Below the pieces are notes generated by a model. The model was not told where the DNA came from. It searched no databases and saw only the letters and a program-made list of their open reading frames with translations. From contig NC_043005.1 in assembly GCF_006345805.1 (NCBI RefSeq), forward strand, positions 95,480,001 through 95,544,000: a stretch of DNA of 64,000 nt, in the 5' to 3' direction. Below are positions 36,880-50,039 of this stretch, piece by piece. The position numbers were made by a program, and so were the translations under genes. This stretch comes from Octopus sinensis (lineage: Eukaryota). Each line of letters opens with the position of its first letter. The first letter of the stretch is position 1.

Positions 36880-37600
36880 TTCATGCAGCAATCTCAAAAG
36901 ATCTGGCTTTGAGGATTCTTTCTTCTTTTTTTATGAAGTGTCCTGTCCGTTATGCTCCGGAGGTGTTCTATACGGTTCATATCCGGTGACTGCCTTGGCC
37001 ATGGAAGTTTTTCAATGCAATTCTTTTCCAACCAATCTTGGCTCTTTTTAGCCGTGTGACAAGGAGCTCCATCTTCCATAACTAAAGTCTTTGGAGAAGA
37101 TTGGAAGGAGTCCTTTCTGCAATATGGACACATATTTATTCGAGTGCATGTTTCCCTCACACTCCACTAACTTTGATTGACAATTGCTCCAAATTGCTTT
37201 CCACACCATCACAGAATAGCTGCCTTGTTTCATTGTTGGTAGCAATCTTTTCATGTCAAATTCTTGATCACAGAGTCACCAGACCCACACTCGACCACTG
37301 TCAGAAAATATAGCAAATGAAGACTCATCAGAGGATATGATAGTGTCCCAAAATGCTAGAAGCTACTCCATCATCTTACTGGCCCAATCTTTTCTCCACT
37401 TGATATTGACTGGTTGAAGAAGTGGCTTTCTTCTTGTTGCTCTGTCATAGTAGCCAAGTTTGTGGAGGTGTCTGACTGCTGTTTTGGGACTAACAATAAC
37501 TTGTTCAGAGGCCTTGCACACTTCATTTAACAAATCAAAGGCGGGCCCTGGTCGAGTTGGGAAAGGTGATGTGGATTCCTTCTGTGGTGAATTGTACAAT
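36880..37600 (-). mobile_element. Tc1 (DD34E) transposase pseudogene fragment
   Basis: RRKPLL..NIKWRKDWA; PTMKQG..SVMVW; KYVSIL; EDGAPCHTAK; PWP.QSPDMN.IEHL. Confidence 0.88.
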
Positions 37601-37814
37601 CACCCTATTAACTGTAGGTATAATTAATCCGACGGGTTCCATCCACTTTCGGGCTATCTATTTTCACTTGTAGGCCTAGCGTTGAGTCCAGGGTATGGCA
37701 AAAGTTCAAAATGCCATGCAGCGTCTGGTACACAGTCCTAATATTGTGAATATAGTTATCAAGAATATCGGAAGAAAGAAACCCTCACTCACTCACTGAA
37801 TCATTCACTCACAC

Positions 37815-38131
37815 ACATGTATACAAAAATGTATGCATGTATATATAAACGCGCACACAGACAGACACACACACATACATACATACATACAGACACACAC
37901 ACACACACATACATACATACATACATACATACATACATACATACATACATACACACATACATACATACACATACATACATACATACATACATATATACAT
38001 ACATACATACATACATACATACATACACATACATACATACATACATACATACACATACATACATACGTACGTACATACATACATGCATGCAAACACATAC
38101 ACACACGAACACACACATGTATGTATGTGCA

Positions 38132-38194
<63 letters not shown>

Positions 38195-38198
38195 ATAT

Positions 38199-38230
<32 letters not shown>

Positions 38231-38251
38231 CATACATACATATATATATAC

Positions 38252-38312
<61 letters not shown>

Positions 38313-38317
38313 CATAC

Positions 38318-38360
<43 letters not shown>
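37815..38360. repeat. Compound (CA)/(TACA)/(TA) microsatellite
   Basis: Seen directly. Confidence 0.95.
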
Positions 38361-38362
<2 letters not shown>

Positions 38363-38955
38363 AGCGGTATATCTTGAAGCGAGTACAACTATTAATAATA
38401 GTTTGAAATAACATTCGATTAAAATCTCCCCGAGTGGTTAAAAAGACCGAAGGGTAACATGCACTCCCCACCCTTTATACGCTCACACACGCACATACAG
38501 GATATCGCAATTACGGAATCTTGTCATTACGGAAATTGTAAGCGTGGTGGTTACTATTTTTGAGATATTGTCAACAATTTTGTTCTTACCATAGCTGGGA
38601 TCAATTTTAAGAATTTTAGAAACTAAAATCACAATAGGAACTTTGTTCAAATTTGTCCAGTAAATTTGTATTCAATCTTTCTCCATCTTTTTATTCATCA
38701 TTTTTTTTCTTTTGTGAGCTAATTCAACTGACCGGGTTTTATTGATCCCAACATACTTGCCAGCAACCACTTTTTGCTCGGCATTTGCTCATCTTGTTTG
38801 TTGTTACCTACTTTAATCAAATAGTAATTCTTCCCACTCGATTCCTTTCTTTTTCTCTTTTATGGTTTTACATCTATCCAAAGTAACAGGACAACATTTT
38901 TCCCTCGCCGCTCTTGCTACTGTTGGATTTCACTACTAATGCGTAATGTATGGTA

Positions 38956-39096
38956 TAGTGGTTCCCAGCCTGTGGTCCGCTGACCCCTGATGGTCCGCAA
39001 AGGCAATACTAGGGGTCCGTGAACATGTTAAGCTGACCGACCTTTCAATATCCTGGGGTCCGTAGGAAAACTCTTTTAAATAAAAGGGAACCACTG
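38956..39096. mobile_element. hAT-type MITE
   Basis: TIR tagtggttccc / gggaaccactg; 8-bp TSD gtatggta / gtatagta; same family as 56974-57120. Confidence 0.8.
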
Positions 39097-39319
39097 GTAT
39101 AGTACATTCTTCAAGATGACAGAAGCGGAGTCGTCAAGTGGAAGCAAAAGTAGTTTACGGAATGGATTCATAAAAGTATTGCTTTGGACATTAAACTTAG
39201 TGTTTTACAAAATTTTGAGACAGGAAGGAAATTCAGCCATTCTGGGGAAAATATAATAACTAGCAACGTCTGCAACGAGGACAATAAAGATAACATTTAA
39301 GTCAAGTAATTAAACAAAT

Positions 39320-40330
39320 CCTTCATTAAATGCCCAGCCATTGTTTTTTCAAAGATCTGAAGTTATGCATAAAATGGAAAGGCTCATGGGGATGTGGTTT
39401 GTTGATCTGACTGGGTGGAATGTGCTAATAAAGATAATGGTAGTTCAAAAAGAAAAAAAAGTTTGTATTACGATCTGTAGAAAAAGGAAAGTGCAACGCC
39501 TAACGTGAAATCTTTTCTTGTAAATAAAGACTGAAAAGATTGAAAAGTTCAAGAGGTGCTTTATTTTGTACAACATGAAAAATGACACATGAAGCTTGCA
39601 GTGCTGATACAAGTTCTCCTGGTTTGAGAAACTGTAAAATTATTGTAGAAGTGTCCACACAAAAACTAGGGTACAATGTTGATGAAGCTAGGATTTTGGG
39701 ACGTCCATGGCTATTGAGGCGTTTATTGATTTGAAGAAAAATCACTACCATGCCAGCCTTCAATAATTTGCCCAACGCTTCTTGTGGAAGAATCTGCTGT
39801 TGATGATATGAAGTTAAAGCTGCTACTTGTGTATGACTCCCAAAATCTAGAAATTTTCAAAAGCTATTTAATGTTTAATTCATCTGTGATTTAGTGTTCA
39901 AATATGAAGTCTTGGATCACAGCAAGTTTTTCCATAACTGAATTACAAACTTTTTTTATTCTGCAGTAGAAAGGGAAAATGCCAAAGTGTAATATTTCCG
40001 GCAAAGCATTGCTCATTTTAGACAATGTGCCAAGCCACATTGTGAATTTAAATGATGTTTCTGGTAATGTGAGAATGGAATATTTCTCAAAAACTCATCT
40101 TTGCTTCGGCCAATGGCTCACAGAATAAGAACTTCGAAACAACTAATAAAGACTATTCATGAGAAGGCTAAGCATACAATTAGAAACTTTAGGAAAACGT
40201 TCAGTGTTATAGATAACAAAGTCGAATGAAACCTTCGTTAGCTACGAATGATGTTTGGCAACACATACGATATGGATGAGTTGCTAAGTTCCTATAGAGA
40301 CAGTTTGTCTAATGAAGAGCTGATGACATC
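39320..40330 (+). mobile_element. pogo/Tigger transposase pseudogene (CENP-B-like HTH plus DDE_1)
   Basis: KMERLMGMW; YNVDE; MKLKLLLVY; KSWIT; KALLILDNVPSH; SLLRPM; many stops and frameshifts. Confidence 0.75.
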
Positions 40331-41522
40331 AGAGTGAGCTGCAGAGTAAGAAGCAGCTCCAAGCAGGGGATTGCAAGTCTTTACTGGCAGCTGTCATAAT
40401 CGTGAACATAACATAAAAGTTTCTAGTTGAGTTTATAATGAGCTCTGTTCCTACATTGAGCTCTAGACAGCTGGTTGCACCGTAAACGGCAAACAACTTT
40501 AAAACTGTTCACTACAGCCTTAAATGGAAGGTTCCTTAAAGATTGAAGTCGCGTTGGAAACAGATCGAAAAATGCGGTCTTTGCATGTCCTGCTTAATTA
40601 GTAGAGCTCCCGAAATTGCTTAAATTTTAGAATGGAGATATTCACCAGGTGTATTATGCGAATTAACTCTTCTTGTCCAATCGAAGCATCGCACCAACGC
40701 CAGATTAGTAGCGCCCGCACCCTGTGGATGCAGCTGGGCATATTCTTTCTCTCTTTTTTTTTCAACCTTCCCAGCACTTTCACTTCACCACACTCACGAC
40801 AATACGACTCTACAGACTCAACAAACTCTTCACCTCTTTAAAGTAACACGCTCATCCCTTGGGCTATTCCTATTAGTACAGCAAACCTCTTTAACAACTC
40901 ATATATCTAAACTTACCATTCTTCCTCCATCTTCATTTCCATCATTTTCTCAGTAGTATATATACCAACAGATTAAAACAAACTTGCAGCACGTACCTTC
41001 CTAGACATTCCAGGACTCAACATACTTAACGATGTCGCAAAAATCCCATAGACACTTTAAAAGACTGAAACTAGACTTCAACATATTTATACAGACATTG
41101 TAGTTATTGAAAGTTCGAGGACATAGTTTAGGTTTGTGTAAATATGAGCCTACCACTTACAGTTAAAGCGTTTTCTCACAGTTTCTCATATATTACAGCC
41201 AACTGGATTTAAGATATTCATTGAAACTGCCCGACGATTGAACAAGGCACTTGGCTTCAGATTTGTCCCAAAGTAAAATATCTCCGCTATAGCATGAAAC
41301 GTGAGTTGTTGTCAGGAATAAAACGTGCGTGCACGAACACCCACACACACACAGAGCAATTGACATTTCTCTTTAATAATGTCTGAATAAAGACAGTTTT
41401 GGAAGCAGGACACACATACACACTGTTAATGCGTACACATTCACACACTGAGATGCAAGCACTTTCACAGAGCTCGCAAATCCGTCCAAGATATCCGCAC
41501 ATTCATAATATACAATCCAACA

Positions 41523-41596
<74 letters not shown>

Positions 41597-41613
41597 GTAT
41601 GTCTATGTGTCGT

Positions 41614-41650
<37 letters not shown>

Positions 41651-41972
41651 AATCTGCATGGCTGTCTGTCTATCTGTCTGTTTGTCTGTCTGTCTGGCTA
41701 TCTATTTATGTTTGTCTGTCTGTCTAGTTACTCGTCGGACTGTCTAATTACCTGTCTAAATGCAACTCACTTCGTACACACCGTACACCCACTTCCATAT
41801 ATACATACATATTCATGCATATTTCGACTGTATAGAAATATACATATTCATTGTATGAATATGCATGTATATTTATATACAGTCGGAAGAAAAACCTCCT
41901 ACACACGATCTTCGGTACATACAACAGGAGACATAACTCCCACAACTATCAACACAGACACACATACATACA

Positions 41973-42003
<31 letters not shown>

Positions 42004-42127
42004 CATACATACATACATACATACATACATACATACATACATACATACATACATACATACATACATACATACATACATACATACATACATACATACATAC
42101 ATACATACATACATACATACATACATA
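41523..42127. repeat. (TCTA)n/(TCTG)n tract (41523-41700) and (TACA)n tract (41976-42127)
   Basis: Seen directly. Confidence 0.9.
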
Positions 42128-42665
42128 CAGCACTGGAGACAACGACACTGCCATTAAAGATACGCGTCCTTACATAAAGAACACCGAAGATAGCCCAAAA
42201 TGTAAATATATACACAGATACACACACATTCTGCATGTCTCTTACACAATCGTCAACAGACACACAGACACAGACCATATACTCTCTCATAAAGCAGTAG
42301 AAAGAGTCCCGCACACACACACACACACACTAATATACATACATACGAATTCTCTTACAATCACGTACATGAACTCATAAACACACACACGGACTGATAC
42401 GCACATTTATGCTCACACACTCATTCACGGACACGTACACCTACACACATATACGATGTCACAAAGCAGCCAAGACAACCCCCCACACACACACGTACAA
42501 ACATTTCACTCTTGCTTACACTCCTAATACATAGACTAACACTTAAAAACCCTCTTACACTCCACATTTCTACTCACACACTCATTCACATACAAGCACA
42601 CTAACACACACACACACACACACTCCCTCTCTTCCTCTCCGTCTCACACATCTCTCTCACTCGTA

Positions 42666-42704
<39 letters not shown>

Positions 42705-43073
42705 CACATGCGCTCACTCTCACAAACACTCTTATATATACACTCCCATAATACAGACACATTCTTCCACGCACTCACTCCCATACACACACAGTATCAC
42801 AGGAGAGCGATAGCAATTACAAACACCAATGAGAAGTTATGTTTTTTAAATTTATATTTTTATGAAGCTGTCCCAGTCAGATCCTACAAGTGTGCGCTGT
42901 ACATGTACACAAGCGCGTGTTGTATATAATACATACATATATATACCATTTATACCTATACAAACGTGTGTATGTGTCTCTCTGTAGCCTGTTCTCTCTT
43001 ATTTATCAAAACAAGACAACGAACAACCAGCCAAGTTGCTACAACAGGACAGTGGACGTGACACACTGTTGGA

Positions 43074-43307
43074 ATGTCGCCCGGAGTAATAGCCCGGGCC
43101 ACCAAAGCGGTCACTGCTCACGTGAAGGAGCTAAAGGGAAAGTCCAGCAGTAATAGTGGGAGCAGTGGTAGTAATAATAATTGTAACGGTAGTAGTAGTT
43201 GTAAACCTGAGTATGGACCTATTAAAAGCCGTGATAATATACCATCAGATATGATCCATAACTTCAGTACAAACACCACGTACAAACGAGGGAAATTACT
43301 TGGGAAG
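43074..43307 (+). CDS. PLK2/PLK3-like: First coding exon of a Polo-like kinase (PLK2/PLK3-like), 78 aa
   Basis: ATG...TYKRGKLLGK then AAG|GTAAGA donor; matches Y-x-R/K-G-x-x-LGK|GGF kinase subdomain I with a phase-0 intron as in PLK2/3; no downstream GGF exon found in window. Confidence 0.75.
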
Positions 43308-43834
43308 GTAAGACAAAGATACCTGTTGGTTTTTGTTTTTGTTTTTTTATTCGACACTTTATTTTTGTTGTTAATGTTCTAATGTGTGTGTGTGTGTTGT
43401 TAAGCTTGGTGCTGATGGCGGTGTTGGTGTTGGGGAGTTGTCTGTATTACTATTGTTGGGCTAGGTTGTGATTGTTAGTGTTATTGTTGTTGATGATGAT
43501 GATAATGATGAGATCCGTTGAGCGATTGTCTTTGATAGTTTTCTAAGAAAGAAAGGAAGACAACGCGAAATGTGAGGAAGAGTCCAGACTTGATTTTGCG
43601 AAATTTGTTTTTCTTCTGTGTGTGTGTGTGTGTGTGTGTGTGTTTGGTGTTAGTATATGTGTATGCCTGTTGTGATATGCTGACCATTAGAGTACCTGAT
43701 GTGTACTTGTTTTGTGTTGTATAGTTTAATGTTATATAATGCTGTGTAAGTTGTGTTATATTTTGTGAACTGTACAGTTGTGTAGTATATAGTATAGTGT
43801 GGTGTTATGTAGCTTAATGTGATATAGTATTGTG

Positions 43835-44052
43835 GGTACTACTTAAGAAAAGTGGTCCCGGTGCGCGCACTCGCGTAGTCGTGACGAGTCAATCCTACAA
43901 CGACTACCCAGCAAAGTAAATAAAACACAAAATAAATAATTTTTTTTACACAAAGTAAATAAAACACAAAGGACCGACTAGTCGCGACTAGCTAGCGCTG
44001 ATGCGCGACTACGCGAGTGCGCGCACCGGGACCACTCTTCCTAAGTAGTACC
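43835..44052. mobile_element. Merlin-type MITE
   Basis: GGTACTAC..GTAGTACC termini, about 45-bp TIRs, perfect 8-bp TSD gtattgtg. Confidence 0.8.
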
Positions 44053-44728
44053 GTATTGTGTTGTATAGAGTGTACAATATAGATTGTTGTAGCTTGTATA
44101 TAGTGTATAATACTAAACAGTAAGTAGATTGTTATGTTGTATTTGTATAATGTTGGATTGTGTTGTATAGTCTGATATAATAAAGTAACACTACTTTATA
44201 GTCTAGCTTAATATGTTTATCTAGTGATGTGTTGTATGGTGTGTACAGTGTAGAATATAAGTAGATTGTTGTGCTGTATTTTGTATAATTTTAAACAGTA
44301 AAGTGCTGGATAATATAAATATGGTATAATAAAGTGCAAGTCTAGTACTGTGATGTTGAATCGTGTACAACATCATAATTGTTTTATATTCTTGTGTGAT
44401 ATTAAACAAGGTAGTGTAGCATATATTTGACCCTAATAGATCATTAGATGTATTATTGTCAACTGGGATGGTATTTCAACTGTGACAATCCCATCTTTTC
44501 AGAGACATTATCCAGTGTGTCTCCTTTAAATTGGTTCGGTGTGATTTTAGAAAAGACTTAGCTGTCGTTTCTAGCAATCAAGCAGGCAACTAGAGCCAGC
44601 CACCTGGGGGGAAACTTCCCTCGTTGGTACTACACAATTGGTGCGTGTGTGTGTATACATACATACACACATACATACATGTGTATCTATATAAATCACA
44701 CATTCTCTATATCTTTATATGTGTGTTG

Positions 44729-44762
<34 letters not shown>

Positions 44763-44777
44763 TTACACCCTTATTAA

Positions 44778-44846
<69 letters not shown>

Positions 44847-45169
44847 GTATGTATATATAGGTAGTGTAGTGTTGTATAAATGTAATGTACTATATACTAC
44901 ACTAGTTAGGATTATATAGTGTTGTTGTTTAACCCCAGGTCAACCATGATCGAAGGGACCTATTATCAAAGGACAATCTACCCACGTCCATCTTGTCTTT
45001 ATGTGATGTCGCATTACATTCTTTTTTTATTATTTAAAACATGTGGAAGGATGATTTGAGGGAGAACTGCTGGCTATTTCTTCTAGGTCGGGCGGTCAGT
45101 GTTGTTGATATTGCCGCCACCACCCGGTCAGACCCAAACGGCAGACTTGTAATTAAAATGGTATTCCGG

Positions 45170-45287
45170 TTTATTTTGTTTTATTTACTTTGCTAGGTAG
45201 TCGTAGGATCGACTAGTCACAACTAGCTAGCGCGGATGCGCGAGTACGAGAGTGCGCGCACCGGGACCACTCTTCTTAAATAGTACC
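45170..45287. mobile_element. Merlin-type MITE, truncated
   Basis: One TIR gtgcgcgcaccgggaccactcttcttaaatagtacc plus internal sequence. Confidence 0.75.
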
Positions 45288-45454
45288 GGAGTGTGATTTG
45301 AGGGCTATTTTATGGAGTGTATGCAGTACAGTAGCAATAGTAATGTGTTGTGTAATAAAAGTGATGTGAAGTGTAGTATTGTGTAGCAAGTCTAGTGTTG
45401 TGTTGTATGGTATGTATTACCTCAGTAGTGTGTTATGTTACTGGAGTATGCAGC

Positions 45455-45990
45455 CCACTAACGTAAGGTCGTGAGTTCGATTCCCGGCGCGTTGTATTCT
45501 TGAGAAAGACACTTTATTTTACAGGTACTACTTGAGAACAGTGGTTCCGGTGCGCGCACTCGCGTAGTCGCGCATCCGCGCTAGCTAGTCGATCCTACAA
45601 CGACTACCTAGCAGAGTAAATAAAACACGAAATAAATAATTTTTTTTACACAAAGTAAATAAAGCACAAAAACACAAAGTAAATAATTTTTTAAACAAAG
45701 TAAATAACACAAAAACGCAAAGGATCGACTAGTCATGACTAGCTAGCGCGGATGCGCGACTACGCGTGTGCGCGCACCGGGACCACTGTTCTCAAGTAAT
45801 ACCATTTTACGTTGCTCCAGTTCACTCAGCTGGCAAAAGTGAGTAGTACCCGTAGCTCAAAGGGCCAACCTTGTCACACTCCGTGTCACGCAGAATCTCC
45901 GAGAACTACGTTAAAGGTACACGTGCACATTAATTCCACGAATAGGCTGTTCTTTTGATCGGATCAACTGAAACCCTCGTCGTTGTAACT
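45455..45990 (+). mobile_element. tRNA-derived SINE interrupted by a Merlin-type MITE
   Basis: Head ggtcgtgagttcgattccc; body resumes after 45803 and matches 53700-53730 and 46680-46800. Confidence 0.7.
45524..45803. mobile_element. Merlin-type MITE nested in a SINE
   Basis: GGTACTAC..GTAATACC termini; TSD attttaca / attttacg. Confidence 0.8.
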
Positions 45991-46437
45991 GGCGGAGTGC
46001 TTTATAGTGTACAGGTTTTCAACTGGGGTCTATATAAGATTTGGGGGAGGGGGGATCCATGCAAGCAAAATAGTGAATTTGAGATCCACAATAATATTTT
46101 AAGGGTCCATAAAATTACTTTTGCTTTTGATGTATTTTATCCAAGAAACAGCTCAGTTTCTTTTGCAAACATTTTACATAGTTCAACCGACACAATTTAA
46201 TGTGTGAATAACAAACTAGAATTTTGAAAGAAGTATCTATAAAACTAGTTTTTAAACAGGGATATGGGGATCCACCAGAATTGAATCGTAACCAAGGGGG
46301 CCCAACCACTGGTATAATGTGTTGTTAAATGTAGATATAATGTGTTTTGTTGTGTTGTTTAGTGAACTGTAATATTAAATTAGTGTTTTATGGCATAGTG
46401 TATTGTAGTAGTGTTAATTATGATGTGTAAAACACAG

Positions 46438-46801
46438 TGTGGAGGCGCAATGGCCCAGTGGTTAGGGCAGCGGACTCGCGATCATGGGATCGCGGCTTAG
46501 AATCCCCAGATCGGGCGTTGTGAGTGTCTATTGAACGAAAACACCTAAAGCTCCACGAGACTTCGGCAGGGGTGGGGGGTGGCGAACCTTGCTGTACTCT
46601 TTCACCACAACTTTCTCTCACTCTTTCTCCCTGTTTCTGTTGTACTTGTATTTCGAAAGGGGTCAGCCTTGTCACATTCTGTGTCACGCTGAATCTACCA
46701 GAGAACTACGTTAAAGGTACACGTGTCTGTGGAGTGCTCAGCCACTTACACGTTAATTTCACGAGCAGGCTGTTCCGTTGATCGGATCAACTGGAACCCT
46801 C
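46438..46801 (+). mobile_element. SINE family A, long-tail variant
   Basis: Same head as 4072; tail gtcacgctgaatct..gagaactacgttaaaggtacacgtg..gatcggatcaactggaaccctc. Confidence 0.85.
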
Positions 46802-46859
46802 TTGCATGAGTGCCAAAGTCGAATACAAAGTATTGTAAATATACTTTGTGTAGTATAAT

Positions 46860-47012
46860 AGTTTCAAAATTTGGCACATGGCCAGCAAGTTCGGGAGGAT
46901 GAAAAGCAAAGTCGACCTCGTTGGAGCTTGAACTCATAACGCGAAGGTGGACGAAATATCCTAAGCATTTTTCCCGACGTACTTAACCATTCTGCCAGGT
47001 CGCCGCCGCCTT
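46860..47012 (-). mobile_element. SINE family C, diverged
   Basis: aaaagcaaagtcgacctcg..gaactcataacg..ctgccaggtcgccgcc. Confidence 0.7.
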
Positions 47013-47409
47013 AACATTATGTAGTATAATATACTGTAGTATAGAACTTGTGTTTTATGGAGATGGTGTGCAGTGGTGTGGATGTATAGCATTTCGGCGC
47101 AGTTTTGTGGTAGTAGACAATAATGCAGGATTTATTTGTCTTCCAACTCCAGGTCGATCCTAATTGAGCAGAGTTATGATCAAAAGACGGTCGAGTCATG
47201 ACCATTTCGTCATTTTTATATTTAGGGCTACATTTATTCAATGTCATTCTCTTTACAAGATAGCAGCGTATGGCTTGAAGAAATTTGGCTGCTATTTCTT
47301 GCAGGTCAAGCGACTACGTTAAAATATCCTTCATCGGATCGGACTCCTCTGAATATCCTTCATCAGATCGGACTCCAAGAAAGTGTAACATCATGTGAGT
47401 GTGTGTGTA

Positions 47410-47519
47410 CCGTATTTACTTGCGTATAAGTCGCTCTGTTTTATACATGATTTTTAACTGGAAAAAAAAACTGAGGTGTAACTTATACCCGAGTGCGACT
47501 TATACACGAGTTAATACGG
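47410..47519. mobile_element. pogo/mariner-type MITE
   Basis: TA|ccgtatttac..gtataagtcgc / gcgacttatac..gttaatacgg|TA. Confidence 0.75.
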
Positions 47520-48072
47520 TAAGTGTAATGTTGTGTAGCCAAGTATATTACGATAGACGTAGTGTAAAAGTGTGGTGATGTAATGTAAGTGCTATGTAAG
47601 TGTTATGTAAGTGCTAAGCAATGCTGTGTAGTTCTTGGAATGATTCCAACAACTCCATGTTAACAGTTCGGTTTCATCTCAGAGTAGCTCCTCCGTCTGG
47701 CACCTCGTGGAATCAGGAACTTTGCCAGACAGTTGCGAATGGTTATTGTTAAACTTGTGGTAGCACTGGTGCATTTGTTGCAGAAAGAATCCACCTTAAT
47801 TGGTCTTGCATTCCAACATAGGTCGACAGGTATATATATATATATATATATATACATACATTACGTATTATCTATTGTATGTCTATATTATCTGAATGTA
47901 TATACATGTGGTGTATTAGGATTTCTTGCGTGAGGTGTTAGTTTTCTGTTTTTGCAGCACTGTATTTTGTGTAACGAGCTTGCGTAATATATATTGAATT
48001 TTTGTTGCTTAGGTTGAGTGTATAATGCATTAATGTGTACATAGTGTGTGTGTGTGTGTTGTGTGTGTGTGT

Positions 48073-48112
<40 letters not shown>

Positions 48113-48312
48113 TGTGTGTGAAAAGCAAATCTTGAGTATTTCGTTCGTCTCATATGTTAGTATTACTATTATTACATTGCTTTAACTTAGTTTACTACGG
48201 TTACAAAACTATGTTTAGATTGCTTCAAGTTATAATTGGTTAAGTTTATTTGATATAATGTAACACACCACACTCACACATATGTATATATAAATATATG
48301 TATATGAATATA

Positions 48313-48383
<71 letters not shown>

Positions 48384-48530
48384 CGTTTAAATATTTGTTG
48401 TGCAAGATTTTATTGGCTAAACTGGCAATATGACCATTCCGAAATATAACAATATATATAAATAGCTTTACATATAATACACACACACGTACATATATAT
48501 ACATGCATACATACATATATATAAAAATGG

Positions 48531-48590
48531 GGAATTACCTTAGGTTTCCCGTCCATAAAGGTTTGGGTTTATGGCGTATATTCAGATTCC
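48531..48590 (-). ncRNA. Hammerhead motif with G8U core defect
   Basis: Minus strand: GGAAU CUGAAUA ..CCAUAAA/UUUAUGG.. GAAA CCUAAGG UA AUUCC. Confidence 0.5.
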
Positions 48591-48823
48591 AAAACCTGTT
48601 GGCCCATGACCTCTTAAAATGGGGGGGAGAGGTTATATATATATAGTATATATATATATATATATATAATATATATATATGATATATATATATATAATAT
48701 ATAGATATAGAGAGAGAGAGAGAGACAAGGAAAAATTATGAAAAGGCAGAATGCTAAATTGAAGGTAAATTTTAATGAAAATGGGTGTATGGGAAATTAA
48801 ATTTTTTTTTTTTAAATATATAT

Positions 48824-48867
48824 TAATTCAAACCGGTTTTCGTCGCAATGCGACTTTTCAAGAATTA
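48824..48867 (-). ncRNA. Hammerhead motif, U3:A8 variant
   Basis: Minus strand: UAAUUC UUGAAAA GUCGC-auu-GCGAC GAAA ACCGGU UU GAAUUA; cleavage triplet is atypical. Confidence 0.6.
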
Positions 48868-48967
48868 TAAGGTGAAAAGAAAATTTTTGTAATTGAAGAG
48901 GGGGGAAAAAAAAAAAATTACATTGTTTTTGCAAAAAAAATAATAAACATATGCAAAAATTTAAAAA

Positions 48968-49019
<52 letters not shown>

Positions 49020-49024
49020 AAATA

Positions 49025-49071
<47 letters not shown>

Positions 49072-49079
49072 AAATATAT

Positions 49080-49117
<38 letters not shown>

Positions 49118-49353
49118 AATAAAATAGAACATATGCATATATATAAACATATATGTACGTACCTACCTCTACATGTACATATACACGCAATATGTGTACA
49201 GGACACCAAAAAGACGTCGAACACATAGAGAGACGAAACACATAGACACAAACCAAGGAACAAGACAAGCAAAAAAAAAAAAAAAAAAAAAAAAAGGAGA
49301 GATACAGGACAATAAGCACAACGAAAAATCCCCTTCTTCAGTCGCTAAGATTT

Positions 49354-49377
49354 CATCTACTAAACGTTTCGAAGGAT

Positions 49378-49416
<39 letters not shown>

Positions 49417-49432
49417 CTATCGTTAGACGATG
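49354..49432 (-). ncRNA. Degenerate hammerhead motif with (TA)n in loop II
   Basis: Minus strand: caucgu CUAACGA uagga(ua)n..auccuuc GAAA CG UU uaguagaug. Confidence 0.35.
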
Positions 49433-49520
49433 TATAAAGGTTCGACAATTTCTTATCGAACAACCACACAGATGATTTGTTTATTGTGATCAAATGTTTG
49501 TGTACACCTAAGCTCACTAG

Positions 49521-49730
49521 GGCGGCGAGAGCTGGCAGAAACGTTAAGCACGCCGGGCGAAATGCGTAGCCGTATTTCGTCTGCTGCTACGTTCTGAGTT
49601 CAAATTTCGCCGAGGTCGACTTTACCTTTCATCCTTTCAGGATCGATAAATTAATTACCAGTGAAACACTGGGGTCAATGTAATCGACTTAATGCTCTCC
49701 CAAATTTCGGGCCTTGTGCTCAGAGTAGAA
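49521..49730 (+). mobile_element. SINE family C (tRNA-derived)
   Basis: ggcggcgagagctggcagaaacgttaagcacgccgggcgaaatgc...gttcaaatttcgccgaggtcgac. Confidence 0.85.
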
Positions 49731-49779
49731 AAAATACAAATAATCTCACTTCCTCCATCAAATCAACATTACCTGTACA

Positions 49780-49935
49780 GGTGCAACGGGTGCCACATGT
49801 AAGATGAGCCAATGATCGCAGAGCAACGTGAAATGAAGTGCTTTGATCAAGAGCACAACGCAACGTCCGGTCTGAGAATCGAACCCACGATCTCGCAAGC
49901 GTGATTGCAACACCTTTAACCACTAAGTCATGCGT
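49780..49935 (-). mobile_element. tRNA-derived SINE head/core
   Basis: Reverse complement gives agtggttaaaggtgttgca..gggttcgattctcagaccggacg..gtgctcttgatcaaagcacttcatttcac. Confidence 0.65.
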
Positions 49936-49985
49936 CATCACATTTACATGTGTGTGTGTGTGTGTGTTGTGTGTGTGTGTGTGTG

Positions 49986-50019
<34 letters not shown>

Positions 50020-50039
50020 CTAAACATGTATAAGCGCAG

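Noticed and set aside
47325-47380. Tandem duplication whose minus strand reads C(C/T)GATGAAGGATATT
   Set aside because: Resembles the 5' half of the 9384 family but has no GAAA half; at most a remnant
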